From the NCBI RefSeq assembly GCF_006345805.1, contig NC_043003.1, positions 42,346,001-42,410,000 of the forward strand: DNA of 64,000 nt, written 5' to 3'. Origin of the DNA: Octopus sinensis (taxonomy: Eukaryota). Below, one piece after another: positions 1-11,985 of this stretch (its first letter is position 1; each line of letters starts with the position of its first letter). The translations under genes and the position numbers were made by a program. The notes beneath the pieces are model-generated. The model did not search any database, was not told the DNA's origin, and saw only the letters and a list, made by a program, of their open reading frames with translations.

Positions 1-131
1 GTTCCGTATTCAGTCACATTGCGTGGCACCTTGAGCAAATGCCTTCTACTATAGCCTCGGGCCGACCAAAGCCTTGTGAGTGGATTTGGTAGACGGAAAC
101 TGAAAGAAGCCTGTCGTATACATGTGTGTGT

Positions 132-173
<42 letters not shown>

Positions 174-358
174 AACAACATTTGACAACCGATGCTGGTG
201 CGTTTACGTCCCCGAAACTTAGCGGTTCGGTTAAAGAGCCCGATAGATTAAGTACTAGGCTTACAAAGAATAAGTCCTGAGGTCGAATTGTTCGACTAAC
301 TGTGGTGCTCCAGCATGGCCGCAGCCATATGACAGAAACAAGTAAAAGAATAAAAGAA
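1..358 (+). mobile_element. SINE family A (tRNA-type head, CORE-like ccttgggcaagt motif, internal microsatellite); 5' end cut by the window
   Basis: cgtggcaccttgagcaaatgccttctactatagcctcgggccgaccaaagccttgtgagtggatttggtagacggaaactgaaagaagcc, then (TG)n, then ggtgctccagcatggccgcag and the aaacaagtaaaagaataaaagaa tail. More than 10 homologous copies in this window. Confidence 0.9.
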
Positions 359-399
359 TTCCTGTGACAAAAATCAAGTGGCTACATTCTAAGTCTCCT

Positions 400-1372
400 A
401 CTGCTACAGATATTATTGTAACCTATAATTTCAACGTGGATGATCTCAAAATGTATTAAATATACCACAATGCATTTACAGTACTAGTGCTGATTCCAAC
501 ATCATATATAGTTGACAGGTCTATAGAGGAAATCCACTCCATAGACAAAAAACCCGTAAGATACTAGCATGAGATGGAAAGCTCCACAAAAATAGTGATA
601 TCGACAAGCTCTACTTAAGAAGAAATGAAGGAGGTAGAGAATTGAGAGTAGTGCAAGGAATCTTCAAATGTCGTTATAGCCTCTGTCAGACAGAATTCCT
701 AAACAACAAAAAGCATTAAACACATTAACTTAGTGCTTAAAAGCGAAGAGAACAATATCCTACATGTGGGTAGCGAGCTCCTCAGGAGGTACTCTCTTCC
801 TGGTGACCCACTCCATACCCCAAAACAGCTAGGCTAATATACTTCAAAGAAAACCTGGATGTAAAACAGTCACAATACCAAAAAAAAAAGACTATGCATG
901 GGTATGTTTCTTGAACACTTGAAGAAGTCACTAATATCGACAAAGAGAGCAGCCTCACTGTTAGATTCGTAACCGTTACATCACATCACACTTTGAAGGC
1001 TATGCATTTCCAAGAACAGGAGATTGCTACAAAATACCTAAAAAAACAAAAGAAACAGTGACGACCATGCGGCTCCTAGGTGCAACCGAAAATGTAGGTA
1101 ATGACATATTCCTTTGGAATGCACCACATGTGACTAGCAGCTGCCCAAAAATACCACCAAAAATGCCACCTTCTTATGTAGCATGACGTTGTAAAAACCA
1201 TATACAATGCCACCCAGAAAACAGACTGTCCTGGAATAAATATAGAGAATGCCACTTCTAATGAATACGTACCCAAACATCAACACAATTAATACTGGTA
1301 GAACATTCCCTTTAAAACATCTGTCAAGCGTAAACATAACTGGCTGGGTATTGTTGTTTGGGACAGACAATG
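400..1372 (+). mobile_element. Degenerate R4/Dong-type (RLE) non-LTR retrotransposon fragment, post-RT region to start of endonuclease
   Basis: Manual translation with stops and frameshifts gives LHKNSDIDKLYLRRNEGGREL (582-644), KTMHGY, FEGYAF-QEQEIATKY, HDVVKTIYNA and YW*NIPFKTSVKRKHNWLGIVVWDR. These are decayed forms of the LH..SD.DRLY..R.EGGRGL, RHD and HNRPD motifs. Confidence 0.75.
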
Positions 1373-2089
1373 AAATGCATGAACCTCATACGGGTCAGTT
1401 GTCCTACTGATGTGAATATCTCTTAGGAAATCAAAGAAAAAAGGTTAACTATGGACAACCACTATCTGTATTCAGATAATAATTGATACACTTAGTTTTT
1501 AAGCTAGAGTTTTCGGGGGAAAAAAAACATAAACCGACCAAATCGCACATTACAAATACAATGTGTGACATTCTTTTTGTTATCAGCATTCGAACCATGG
1601 AACCTTGTATTTTTGATACAAAGGAAGGATTTAAATAATTACAGACAGAAGAGAAAATTTGCTCCAGTTCTTTAAGGTCTGATTTTCAATCTCGCTAACA
1701 TCAACGTAGCTATTCATCACTCAAGAGTTGATTAAATTAAGTTCTCTCAAATACATAGATCAATGTATCGACCAATACGCGCCCCTAAAATCGCGGTCTC
1801 TTTCCAAAATTTAAAACATTTATAGTATTTTTTTAAAGTTCTTCTTGAGTATTTTGTTGTGTGCAACAACAGAAAGCTCCGTGGGCTTTCTCTGCAATAT
1901 GTTGTCTTAATCTTGCATTTTCTACTCTATTAACCGTACTCTACGTAAAATATATGCAATGTTTAACGCTGCTATTTCTGTTGTGTTTAGTACATTAGTG
2001 AATACTAAGTATCTCGCGTTTAAATGTTAAATATGTTTATATGACCACCAACAGTGTTTGCATTGAAGTCCAGTCTCAATGTTACAGAG

Positions 2090-2760
2090 ATGAGAAACAA
2101 TTCCAACGTATAAAATGTTGAAGAAAGTAAGTGAGAACTTAATCCGAGCAGAAGAGTAATGAGAAATTTTTCAATCAAGAATATTGAGAAACAAGTTTAT
2201 TTGGCTGCTTGTAGAATGTTAGATGAAAGAGATAAAAAAGCTGTGTATGTAGTCTCTGTGTGAAATATGTTTGATTAAAAGTTCATAAGAATTGCAGACA
2301 TGACAGCGTTGTTACAATCTTACTTTGGCGATTTGGAAGAAGTTTAAGTAATGAATATAAAGTGCGGAAAAGTGTTCTAGAGCAGAATATGTTATTGAAC
2401 ACGACCATAGAAATGTACAATAGAATATGAAGATACAAAATGAGTGGCAAATGGAGCATTTATGCCCAGACTTAGTTATATCTAATAAAAAGAAGTATGT
2501 CGCTTAAATGCTGTTGAATGCCTTTTAGATATTAGAGTGATAGGACTTGAGAAAATAAAACACGAGAAATTTTTTAAATACCAGGACATAAAACACGAAA
2601 TTACAAGTATCTGAAAGTGCCACGAAGTTGTTATTTCAGATGTAATAGCACCCTTAGGAGTAGCGACAGGAAGTTTAAATGGATGCTTAAAACGTTGGAT
2701 AAGGAGGTGAATTTCCTGACTTGTTTGTATGGTACAGCATATGCTGGAGACCTAAGGCTA
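2090..2760 (+). mobile_element. Second, highly degenerate R4/Dong-type RLE fragment (zinc knuckle and endonuclease)
   Basis: Manual translation gives CRMLDERDKKAVYVVSV, RHDSVVTIL, KIQNEWQMEHLCPDLVISNKKK and KYQDIKHEITSI*KCHEVVISDVIAPLG. The motif order is the same as in the better-preserved copy at 3301-4210. Confidence 0.65.
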
Positions 2761-2829
2761 TGGGATGCAGCCTTATAAATAGCAATCCAATAGCGGTACT
2801 GCAGTAACAATAACCTGCATGAAAAGTAC

Positions 2830-2923
2830 AGCATAATAATAAATAATAGCAGTAATAATAAGGATGATGATGATGATGATAATGACGACGACGACGATAA
2901 TGATCATTATACTGATAATAATG

Positions 2924-2997
<74 letters not shown>
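2830..2997. repeat. Compound (ATG/ACG)n-(AAT)n microsatellite
   Basis: Direct inspection. Confidence 0.9.
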
Positions 2998-2998
<1 letters not shown>

Positions 2999-3163
2999 GT
3001 TTCAAATTTTGGCACAGGGCTATGATATCGACACCAGTATTTGACTGGTACATATTTTATCGACCCCGAAATGATGAAAGGTAAAATCGACCTGATCGTA
3101 ATTTCAGCTCTGTACGTAAAGACGGACGAGATATAGCTAAGCATTTTTGTCAGGCATGCTAAC
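2998..3163 (-). mobile_element. SINE family B (core gtcgactttgcctttcatcctttcggggtcgataaa), degenerate
   Basis: The reverse complement matches the B core and the gtgccaaaatttgaaacc(att)n tail. Confidence 0.75.
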
Positions 3164-3185
3164 AATATTATTATTATTATTATTA

Positions 3186-3266
<81 letters not shown>

Positions 3267-3300
3267 TATTATTATCATTATCATTATCATTATTATTATT

Positions 3301-4210
3301 CTATGTTTGACTTTTGCTTTATGTTTGTAGAAGTTGGCTCCAAGTCTCACCCAGAGACCTCAAGAGACAACAGGTTGGAAGTTCACGTTGTTGTTATGCC
3401 TAGTGTGCCATATATTGGGGGGGGGGGTGTTGTACTAGTGAATGTCTAATAAATAAATTTTTTTAAACCTTGAGATTACATAGAGATTATTTTGCGTAGG
3501 ATTTGAGCAGTTCCCATGAGCACTATCTTTTGAATTTCTGCCATTTTGGGGTTTCCTGGTATCTGAGTTAGGTAGCAATCAGCCCCTTTCTCTATCATTC
3601 CCAAGGCACCTATGACAACGGGTATTGTTTTAGTCTTCAGGTTCCACGTTTTGCTGATTGCTATTTCAAGATCTTTGTATTTGCTCAGTTTTTGGTAGGT
3701 CTTGACAGATACGTTTATATCGATTGGGACAGTCATATCAATGAGGAGGCATGTTCTTTGTCTGAAGTCTTTCAATCTGATGTCTGGCCTATTTGCATCT
3801 ATCTTTCTGTCAGTTTGAATGGTGAAGTTCCAGAGGAGTGAGATGTGGTCATTTTCAAGCACTGGAGGTGGTTTGTGTTCCCACCAGTTTTTTTAATGGG
3901 GCAAATCCAGGTTTTTGCAAATTACCCAGTGAATATATTGTGCAGCTCTATCATGCCTGTTGAGGTACTCTGTAGGCGCTAGAAGACTGCACTTGGAGAC
4001 AACATGATCAATGGTTTCATTTTGTTGTTGACATACACGACATGTTGGGCTACTGCCGTTCTTTAATATGTTAGCCTGGTAGTTTCTTGTTGGTAGGAAT
4101 TGATCTTGAGCTGCTATGATAAACCCTGTTGGGCTACTGCCGTTCTTTAATATGTTGGCCTGGTAGTTTCTTGTTGGTAGGCATTGATCTTGAGCTGCTA
4201 TGATAAACCC
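3301..4210 (-). mobile_element. Young 5'-truncated R4/Dong-type retrotransposon: CCHC knuckle, restriction-like endonuclease, 3'UTR and (TAA)n tail at 3166-3300
   Basis: The minus strand encodes GFIIAAQDQFLPTRNY...CRVCQQQNETIDHVVSKC...NRHD...WWEHKP (one frameshift in a poly-T run near 3893). It continues into ORF 3476-3862: LLWNFTIQTDRKIDANRPDI...IDMTVP...KLSKYKDL...IPVVIGALG (PD-(D/E)xK type). Confidence 0.9.
4043..4210. repeat. 84-bp in-frame tandem duplication at the 5' truncation point of the Dong-like element
   Basis: 4043-4126 and 4127-4210 differ at 2 positions. Confidence 0.9.
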
Positions 4211-4236
4211 TTATTATTATTATTATTATTATTATT

Positions 4237-4271
<35 letters not shown>

Positions 4272-4307
4272 GTTGTTGTTGTTATTATTATTATTATTAT
4301 TATTATT

Positions 4308-4393
4308 CTATGTTTGACTTTTGCTTTATGTCTGTACAAGTTGGCTCCAAGTCTCACCCAGAGACCTCAAGAGACAACAGGTTGGAAGTTCAC

Positions 4394-4396
<3 letters not shown>
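4308..4396 (-). mobile_element. Very short 3'-terminal copy of the same Dong-like element, embedded in (TAA)n
   Basis: Near-identical to 3301-3389 (ctatgtttgacttttgctttatg...ggttggaagttcacgtt), with (TTA)n on both sides. Confidence 0.85.
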
Positions 4397-4455
<59 letters not shown>

Positions 4456-4456
<1 letters not shown>

Positions 4457-4600
4457 TCAAAATTTTGCCACAAGGCCAGCTGAAGGGTGTTAGAGATGAA
4501 TCGATTTCATGGACCCCAGTGTTCAGCGGGTACTATTTTTATCGACTCCGGAAGGATGAAAGGCAAAGTCGACCTCGGCGGAATTTGAACTCAAATCATA
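4456..4600 (-). mobile_element. SINE family B
   Basis: ggaaggatgaaaggcaaagtcgacctcggcggaatttgaactc is the reverse complement of the B core. Confidence 0.8.
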
Positions 4601-6306
4601 GAGTTGGCGATACGTCTTGGATAACGCATCATACGAGCAATTTTACTCATGCACGGTAATTTCTGCAAAGAATGTGTTTCGAGTTATCAGTTATTTAGTC
4701 GAAACGCTTGTTATGCATTTGATGATATTTTATCTTATATTTCCGAATGTTACCCAACTTCCTGATTTGTATTATCTTCCTTGATTATATTTTAATTCAA
4801 TCTTGACATTCAATTATGAAAACATTCAAAGTACGGAAATATGAAAATAATTACATACTCAATATGTCTTCGATATCCTTCCGTATTTAATGTTTGATGA
4901 CTGTAAATCGATGCCAGTCTTTGCCAGTCGTATCGAAGATCTAATGATAGTTATAATTTTTTAAATGATGATATACTTATTATGCAATATCTTTTGCAAA
5001 ACACTGGAAAAATTGTATGTAGTTACAATGACTCTTAAGTTCATTTATATCAATATTCACAGTAAAACTACAGATCCTTAAAATAACATAAAGCAAAACT
5101 CAAGGAACTCCTTTTTATTCTCTCAGATTCTCTTTCCTTGTTTGCGAGCCAAAGCAGTGTGATAAACATCTCATCTATCCACCAGCCGTTATTCCTCATT
5201 TGTTGTTTAACTCTTTCCTACGTTACAGCAAAGAAGAGTGCTAATATGTGGAATATTTCTTGTTAAGATGTTAGATTGCAACTATATACAGGAGCATTAG
5301 TTCTCTACTACAAGATAAAATGCAACCTATAATAGATTCGTTTTCGTCCACCTAGGATTCTTACTTCTCTCTCTTCCGAATGTTCTTGTGGTAGTGATAT
5401 TACTGAGGATGATGGAATCGTTGAGGTGCGCTTGGGCTGGCTGGGACACATAAGGGACGTATTTACAAACACGAAGGACGTCACAGTCATCGTATTGCAC
5501 CTTTCACAAATGGAGCTGATCAGAGATCAACTCGGTGGCCTTGTAAATCAGCAACTAGAGAAGCAGATTCTGACTGGACTGTCTATAATCACCGACCTGC
5601 AAATTAGTGATTCTAAACAATTTCTAAACATTCCTGAGTTACAGTGTAGAGAGATTTTCCTTCCAATATAGTCAAAAATGATGCCCGTTTTGGAACCGCC
5701 AGCAGTCAAACATGGTCCAGAAGCGCGTAGGATAACGGGAAAAGTCTGAAACGCACTCACAGTGGGCATGTATTTCTGATTTGTGAGTTTATGTCAATGA
5801 GCTTAACGAGAAGAACAAATAACACTTTTTCACTAAGTAGCATGGGTTATCATCCTCTGACTTGTCATATGATAAAAGACGTTTTGACGGACATAGAATG
5901 TCCGAGAAGAAAGCATTTCCTCTCAGCTATTTCACAGGAGGTTTTCCAGCTATTAAATTCTATGAAAAATGAGTGGGTGAACTTAGCCGGTTTAAAAAGA
6001 TTAACACATACTGTGGGAGGCGTGTATATAGTAACCCAGGTGCACCACTCGCTCACACACTTACAGTAATAATACGCACACAAGCAGATACATATATTAC
6101 TTTTCATGTAAGGTTTCCGATTACACGGTTTGCTGAAACACTGTGACTATGATGTAAGAAAAATGGATATTTTTATAGACACGAATGTCTGTGTTTCATA
6201 CAGAATTGTTTTATACATGTTAACTACAAAGATCGACATACAGCTGAACCTGTATATCTCTGTTTGCGCCCCACCTTATATAAATATATATATATATATA
6301 TATATA

Positions 6307-6450
6307 GGCGCAGCTCAAAGGCACAAGCGTGGCACCTTGGGCAAGTGTCTTCCACTATAGCCTCGGGCTGACCAAAGCCTTGTGAGTGGATTTGGCAGAC
6401 AGAAACTGAAAGAAGGCCGTTGTATGTATGTACGTATGTATGTACGTATG

Positions 6451-6490
<40 letters not shown>

Positions 6491-6737
6491 CATATATATA
6501 TATATGTAGATATATGATTGTGTTTCTGTGTTTGTTCCCCCATCATCGCTTGACAACCGATTTTGGCGTGTTTAAGTCCCCGTAATTTAGCAGTTCGGCC
6601 AAAGGGACCGATCGAATAAGTATTAGGCTAACAAAGAATAAGTACTGGGGGTCGATTTGTTCGACTAAAGGCGGTGCCCCAGCATTACCGCAGTCGAATG
6701 ACTGAAACAAATAAAAGAATAAAAGAATAAAAAGAAT
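6307..6737 (+). mobile_element. SINE family A with most of the tRNA head replaced by 13 nt of filler
   Basis: ggcgcag + ctcaaaggcacaa + gcgtggcaccttgggcaagtg..., internal (TA/TATG)n, and (aaagaat)n tail. Confidence 0.9.
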
Positions 6738-7626
6738 ATATAGAGAGAGGTATATAGACAGATATACATACATACATTCACACATACGTGTGTGCGTTTG
6801 TGTATGCAAATATATATGAAGTATGTATATATGTATGAATATATGTATATCAGTATGTATACATTAGTATTGATTTATACAGCTCCGCCTTTATTACTAG
6901 ACACAAAAATAAAACAATTGGCCTTTTGCCTAGCGGATAAGAACTAAAAAATATCTTCTTGTTTTACTTCGGTACACAATAATATTACAATGGAAGATAT
7001 GTAAGAGAACATCAAATATACTTCATAGAATTTACATAGGCTTTGTTTTTCAAATGCATCTGGTTTGTTCCAATGTTTTTATTTTCTACCATTATATAAG
7101 CACATAAAATTTTATCGAATTTATACGCACACACTTTATATGAGTGCGTGTGTGTAATACTGTAATATATATATACATATAAATGTGAGCTATATATACA
7201 TATGTGTGTGTGTTACGAGAATACCCCCATTTAAGTGTTGATAGAATGTCAATACAGAGTAATAAAATTAAATGATGTAACTAACTTTCAGCACCGAGTC
7301 ATCTCTAATCAAGCAGTCGTATGATCAAAGCTTTCCCGCCATGACAATCCCATCTTATTTTCATACAATATACGTTGTTACATTGCCGGTTATGCCCTAT
7401 GGTTTTTAATGTTTTTTTTTTGTCTTTTGTTTTTAGTTCAAAATATGGAAAATTCTAAAGAGTGGCAACTTCTAGAAAGTCTATCTACCAAACAATCATC
7501 TCTTTTCTAAAAATCGTTGTTCTTTTATTCTAGAACAAACTAGTACTCAAACCAATAATCAACGATGATGCATATAAACATATATACATACATATATGCA
7601 CACATACGTACACATACACACGCACC

Positions 7627-7952
<326 letters not shown>

Positions 7953-8024
7953 ATACCTACTAGAATTCAAACTGTAATTACTGCCAAACGCGGTCTAACC
8001 CGATATTAAAATAGATTTGTTTGA

Positions 8025-8063
8025 AGTTTTAAGGCATTTCCATTATTTTGTCCAACCCCTGTA
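8025..8063. mobile_element. Solo Tc1/mariner-like terminal inverted repeat
   Basis: The reverse complement reads TA-CAGGGGTTGGACAAAATAATGGAAATGCC; no partner end was found. Confidence 0.4.
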
Positions 8064-8094
8064 TATATATATATATATATATATATATTTAAAA

Positions 8095-8414
8095 GGGGCA
8101 CTCCGTCGGTCATAACGATGTGCATCCCAGCTGATACGACCAACGAAACAGCTTGCTCGTGAAATTAACGTGCAAATAGCTGAGCACTCCACAGACACAT
8201 ATATCCTTAACGTAGTTCGCAGCGAGATTCAGTGTGACACAGAGTGTGATAAGGCTAGCTTTTTGGAATATGAGTACTACTCATTTTTGCCGGCTGAGTG
8301 GACTGGAGCAACGTGGAATAAAGTGTTTTGCTCAAGGATATAATGCGTCGCCAGGAATAGTACTCACGACTTTACGATCGTGATCCGAATGCCCTAACCA
8401 CTAAGCCACGCGCC
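8095..8414 (-). mobile_element. SINE family D, near full length
   Basis: Minus-strand head ggcgcgtggcttagtggttagggcattcgg (A-box-like), then ccttgagcaaaacactt and gctccagtccactcagccggcaaaaatgagt. The tail is homologous to 36822-36992. Confidence 0.8.
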
Positions 8415-8631
8415 CTCTCTCTCTCACACACACATACACATACACACACATACACACACACGCACACATACGTAATAATTGATAGGGAAGACACAGGGTT
8501 ACTGTAAGCTTTATTTAGCACGGCGATCTTTTCGGTTTGTATCTGCACTGCTCACTTGTGGATTGAGAAACGATATAATGGAATGGAATGCACATCACAA
8601 TGCAGAAAAAAATCTCATGAGGTTACATAAC

Positions 8632-8747
<116 letters not shown>

Positions 8748-9613
8748 ATGTATATGAGAATCTAGTATGGTTTAAAATTTGAGATTTATGAGAACACGGC
8801 GTACGTGGGAATGTCATATATATATATATATGAGAATATGGTTTACTCGAGAAGACGGCAGGTGAGAGAATGTGATATACGCAAGAATTAGGTGTTTTTG
8901 AGAATGTGGTATAAATAACAATGTGGTAAGTGATAATGTAGTATTGTTGAAGATGTGGTGTGTATGTGTGTATATGAAAAAGGAATATATAGTAATGTAT
9001 ATGCAGAAGGCAGTTGAAAAAGATGGAGTTTTATCAAAAGACCACGTTCAAAACGCTTTTTTCGGGTTTACAATTTGATTAGTTTCAGTGGTTTCATTAA
9101 TGGAAAACCCTGCTTCAAACGACAACAGTTCATAGGTTCTAGTTGAGTCTGCATAGCATGTAGTGATAGATTTTTTTGTTGCTGTTGTTATTGTTGTTTT
9201 TATATTGCAAATGTAATAAAACAGAAACAAAAATGAAAGCAGGTGGTAAAGGAAAAAAAAAACTTAGGGACACAGTGATACGGGGGTGGTGGTGAAAGAA
9301 ATAGAGAGGAAAAGAACAGAAAAAATAGGGAGGAAAAGGAACGATGATGAAAGAAAAAACAAATTCGAAACAGAAAGCAACATGTATGAAAAACAAATGG
9401 AAAAGTGATGATGAAATAAGAAGAAATAAAAGATAATGAAATTAAGGAAGAGAACAGAGGGAAAGAAATTTAAGGGGACTTGATAAAACATCATAGAAAA
9501 GTGTTGTATAATGTAGGTATAGAGATAGACGAAACGAGAATATGATAGGGAAATACAACTGGAGGAAGGCAGGTGAGCCGAATCCAAGAAAGAAATATTA
9601 GAAGAAAGATGGA

Positions 9614-9614
<1 letters not shown>

Positions 9615-9710
<96 letters not shown>

Positions 9711-9985
9711 TAATAATAATAATTATAAAAATAATAATAATGATGATGATGACAACTAACGCAATTTTATTTGCCACAAGGGCGACATATATGAGTGAGG
9801 GTTTTTTATAGAGATGATAACAATTATTATTGCTATCTCTAACCAAGAACAACAACAATAGCAGTAATAATGATGATGATAATAACAATAACTATAATAA
9901 TAATAATAATAATAATAATAGGAACAGTAATAATAATAATATTATTATTATTATAATAACCACAACAACAACAACAACAACAAAT
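9615..9985. repeat. (AAT)n-rich compound microsatellite
   Basis: Direct inspection. Confidence 0.9.
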
Positions 9986-10559
9986 GACTGGACGGTATGA
10001 ATCTGAAATCTAAATAAAAAGTTTTGATATTTTACTTCTCGATACATTAACTTGTCCTAGCTTTTCTTTTCCTTGGAGAGACTACATTAGTATCTACATA
10101 TTCACTGACTCGGCACCATTCCTCTTTCTCTCCCTCTCTCTCTCTCCCCTCTCTCTCTCTCTCACTCACTCACTCTCTATCTCTCCCTCTCACTGTTTCG
10201 TTTTCTTCCCAAATCTCTGTGTCCATCGTTATCACTCTGTCGCTATGCGTATGCTTACAAAATACCGCTGTTGGCTTTCATTAGCTGTCGAAGACTTCAA
10301 AGAAACTCTCATGCACCTGTCTATATGTGCTTCTAATCTGAAGTATATCAAATAAGAAATTTATCGAAGAAAATAAAACCGATGAAGTTGTATGTAAATC
10401 ATACACATACACACAGAAAAATATGTATGTGAAAATATACACACATACAAACATACATACACGTGTGTGTATGTATGTGTGTGTGTATACACATGCATAT
10501 ATTCATGCCAACACACTTTATATAAGTATGTATATATGTATGCACATGTGCATTCATGT

Positions 10560-10627
<68 letters not shown>

Positions 10628-10957
10628 CAAATAGATAGCAATCAACTAAGAAAAAAATCGATGATTCTTTCAATGGAATATGCAGAAAAAAATATATTCG
10701 CACGCAGGTATATGTATACACGTCAATAGACGCACAAACACACACATACGTATGTATACACATACCTATGTATACATAGGTATATTCTGAAGACGCAAAT
10801 GAGTATACATCCCGATGTACTTATCCATTTTTATTGCAGAGAAGGTATGCATAATATTGAAATACAGTGATGTTGCTAACGCATCAAATTTCGAAATTTC
10901 GAAGAACGTGCACCTCATATAAATACTCCCACATACATACATACATATACATATACA

Positions 10958-11016
<59 letters not shown>

Positions 11017-11057
11017 CATGTATATATATATATGAATTATACATGCATACATATATA

Positions 11058-11126
<69 letters not shown>

Positions 11127-11809
11127 ATATTCAAATTTAGTTATGCATATAGTACATTGATCCAATATGACCACACCTTTTGTGCTGAAACATATAATGA
11201 AAATAAAAGAAATAAAAGTGTGTGCATGCGCGTGTACCCATACACACACGCGCGAACACCCCCGCATATTTTGAAAATAGATTGGCATATGCGAGCTCAC
11301 AAGCTTAGAGAGGGAAAATGCGGAAATAATGTAAAAAAAATTTTGAATATAGACATATATCATTCTTATCTTACAGTGATGAAGCCATATTTAAATATTA
11401 ATTCTTAATACACTACAAGCTTAAATATGCACTGCCTTGTCTGTGAATCTCTGAAATTTTTACCTATATCTTTCAGACATCTGTCTGTTCCACATTTGTG
11501 TGTGTATGCATATGTTGTATTGTATGTATATGAGTATACATGTGTTGTATTGCATGAATATGGGTGCGTGTGTCGGTGGAATGTAACAGGTAATTTTGTT
11601 GGGAAAATAAAAGATGTCGGATTGGTTTAGTCCCGGTTTTGCAATATCTAGCCGAATGTACAAATTAGCCATGATTTCGTTAATTCTTGTCGATGTCAGT
11701 CCGTGCCCCATATTGACTACCTGTATAGTTAAAATGACCTAGTACACCACAACTCAATAAGCATGCAAAGTACTGTCCATTTCATGTGGTTGGTCAAATT
11801 CCGTTGGAT

Positions 11810-11985
11810 TGGTAAGCGCAATATTTGTACATGATTTTGACCATCTGAGTTCGAGTTCCGCCGAAGTCGACTTTACGTTCATCCTTCTAGAATCGATAAA
11901 ATAAAGTATCAGTGAAGTACTCAGTTTTATTTAATGGATTAATCCCTCGTCCTCAACTACCCAAACTTGTGCTTATCTTAAAAGT
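11810..11985 (+). mobile_element. SINE family B, degenerate
   Basis: ctgagttcgagttccgccgaagtcgactttacgttcatccttctagaatcgataaaata. Confidence 0.7.

Noticed and set aside
5300-5790. Unique segment with short ORFs, possible LINE endonuclease relic
   Set aside because: Only a weak RPP-like hint; no convincing motif series by eye.
8125-8150. ctgatacgaccaacgaaac (hammerhead-like)
   Set aside because: The core is broken, and it is a mutated part of the SINE D tail whose other copy (36945-36960) lacks the motif.
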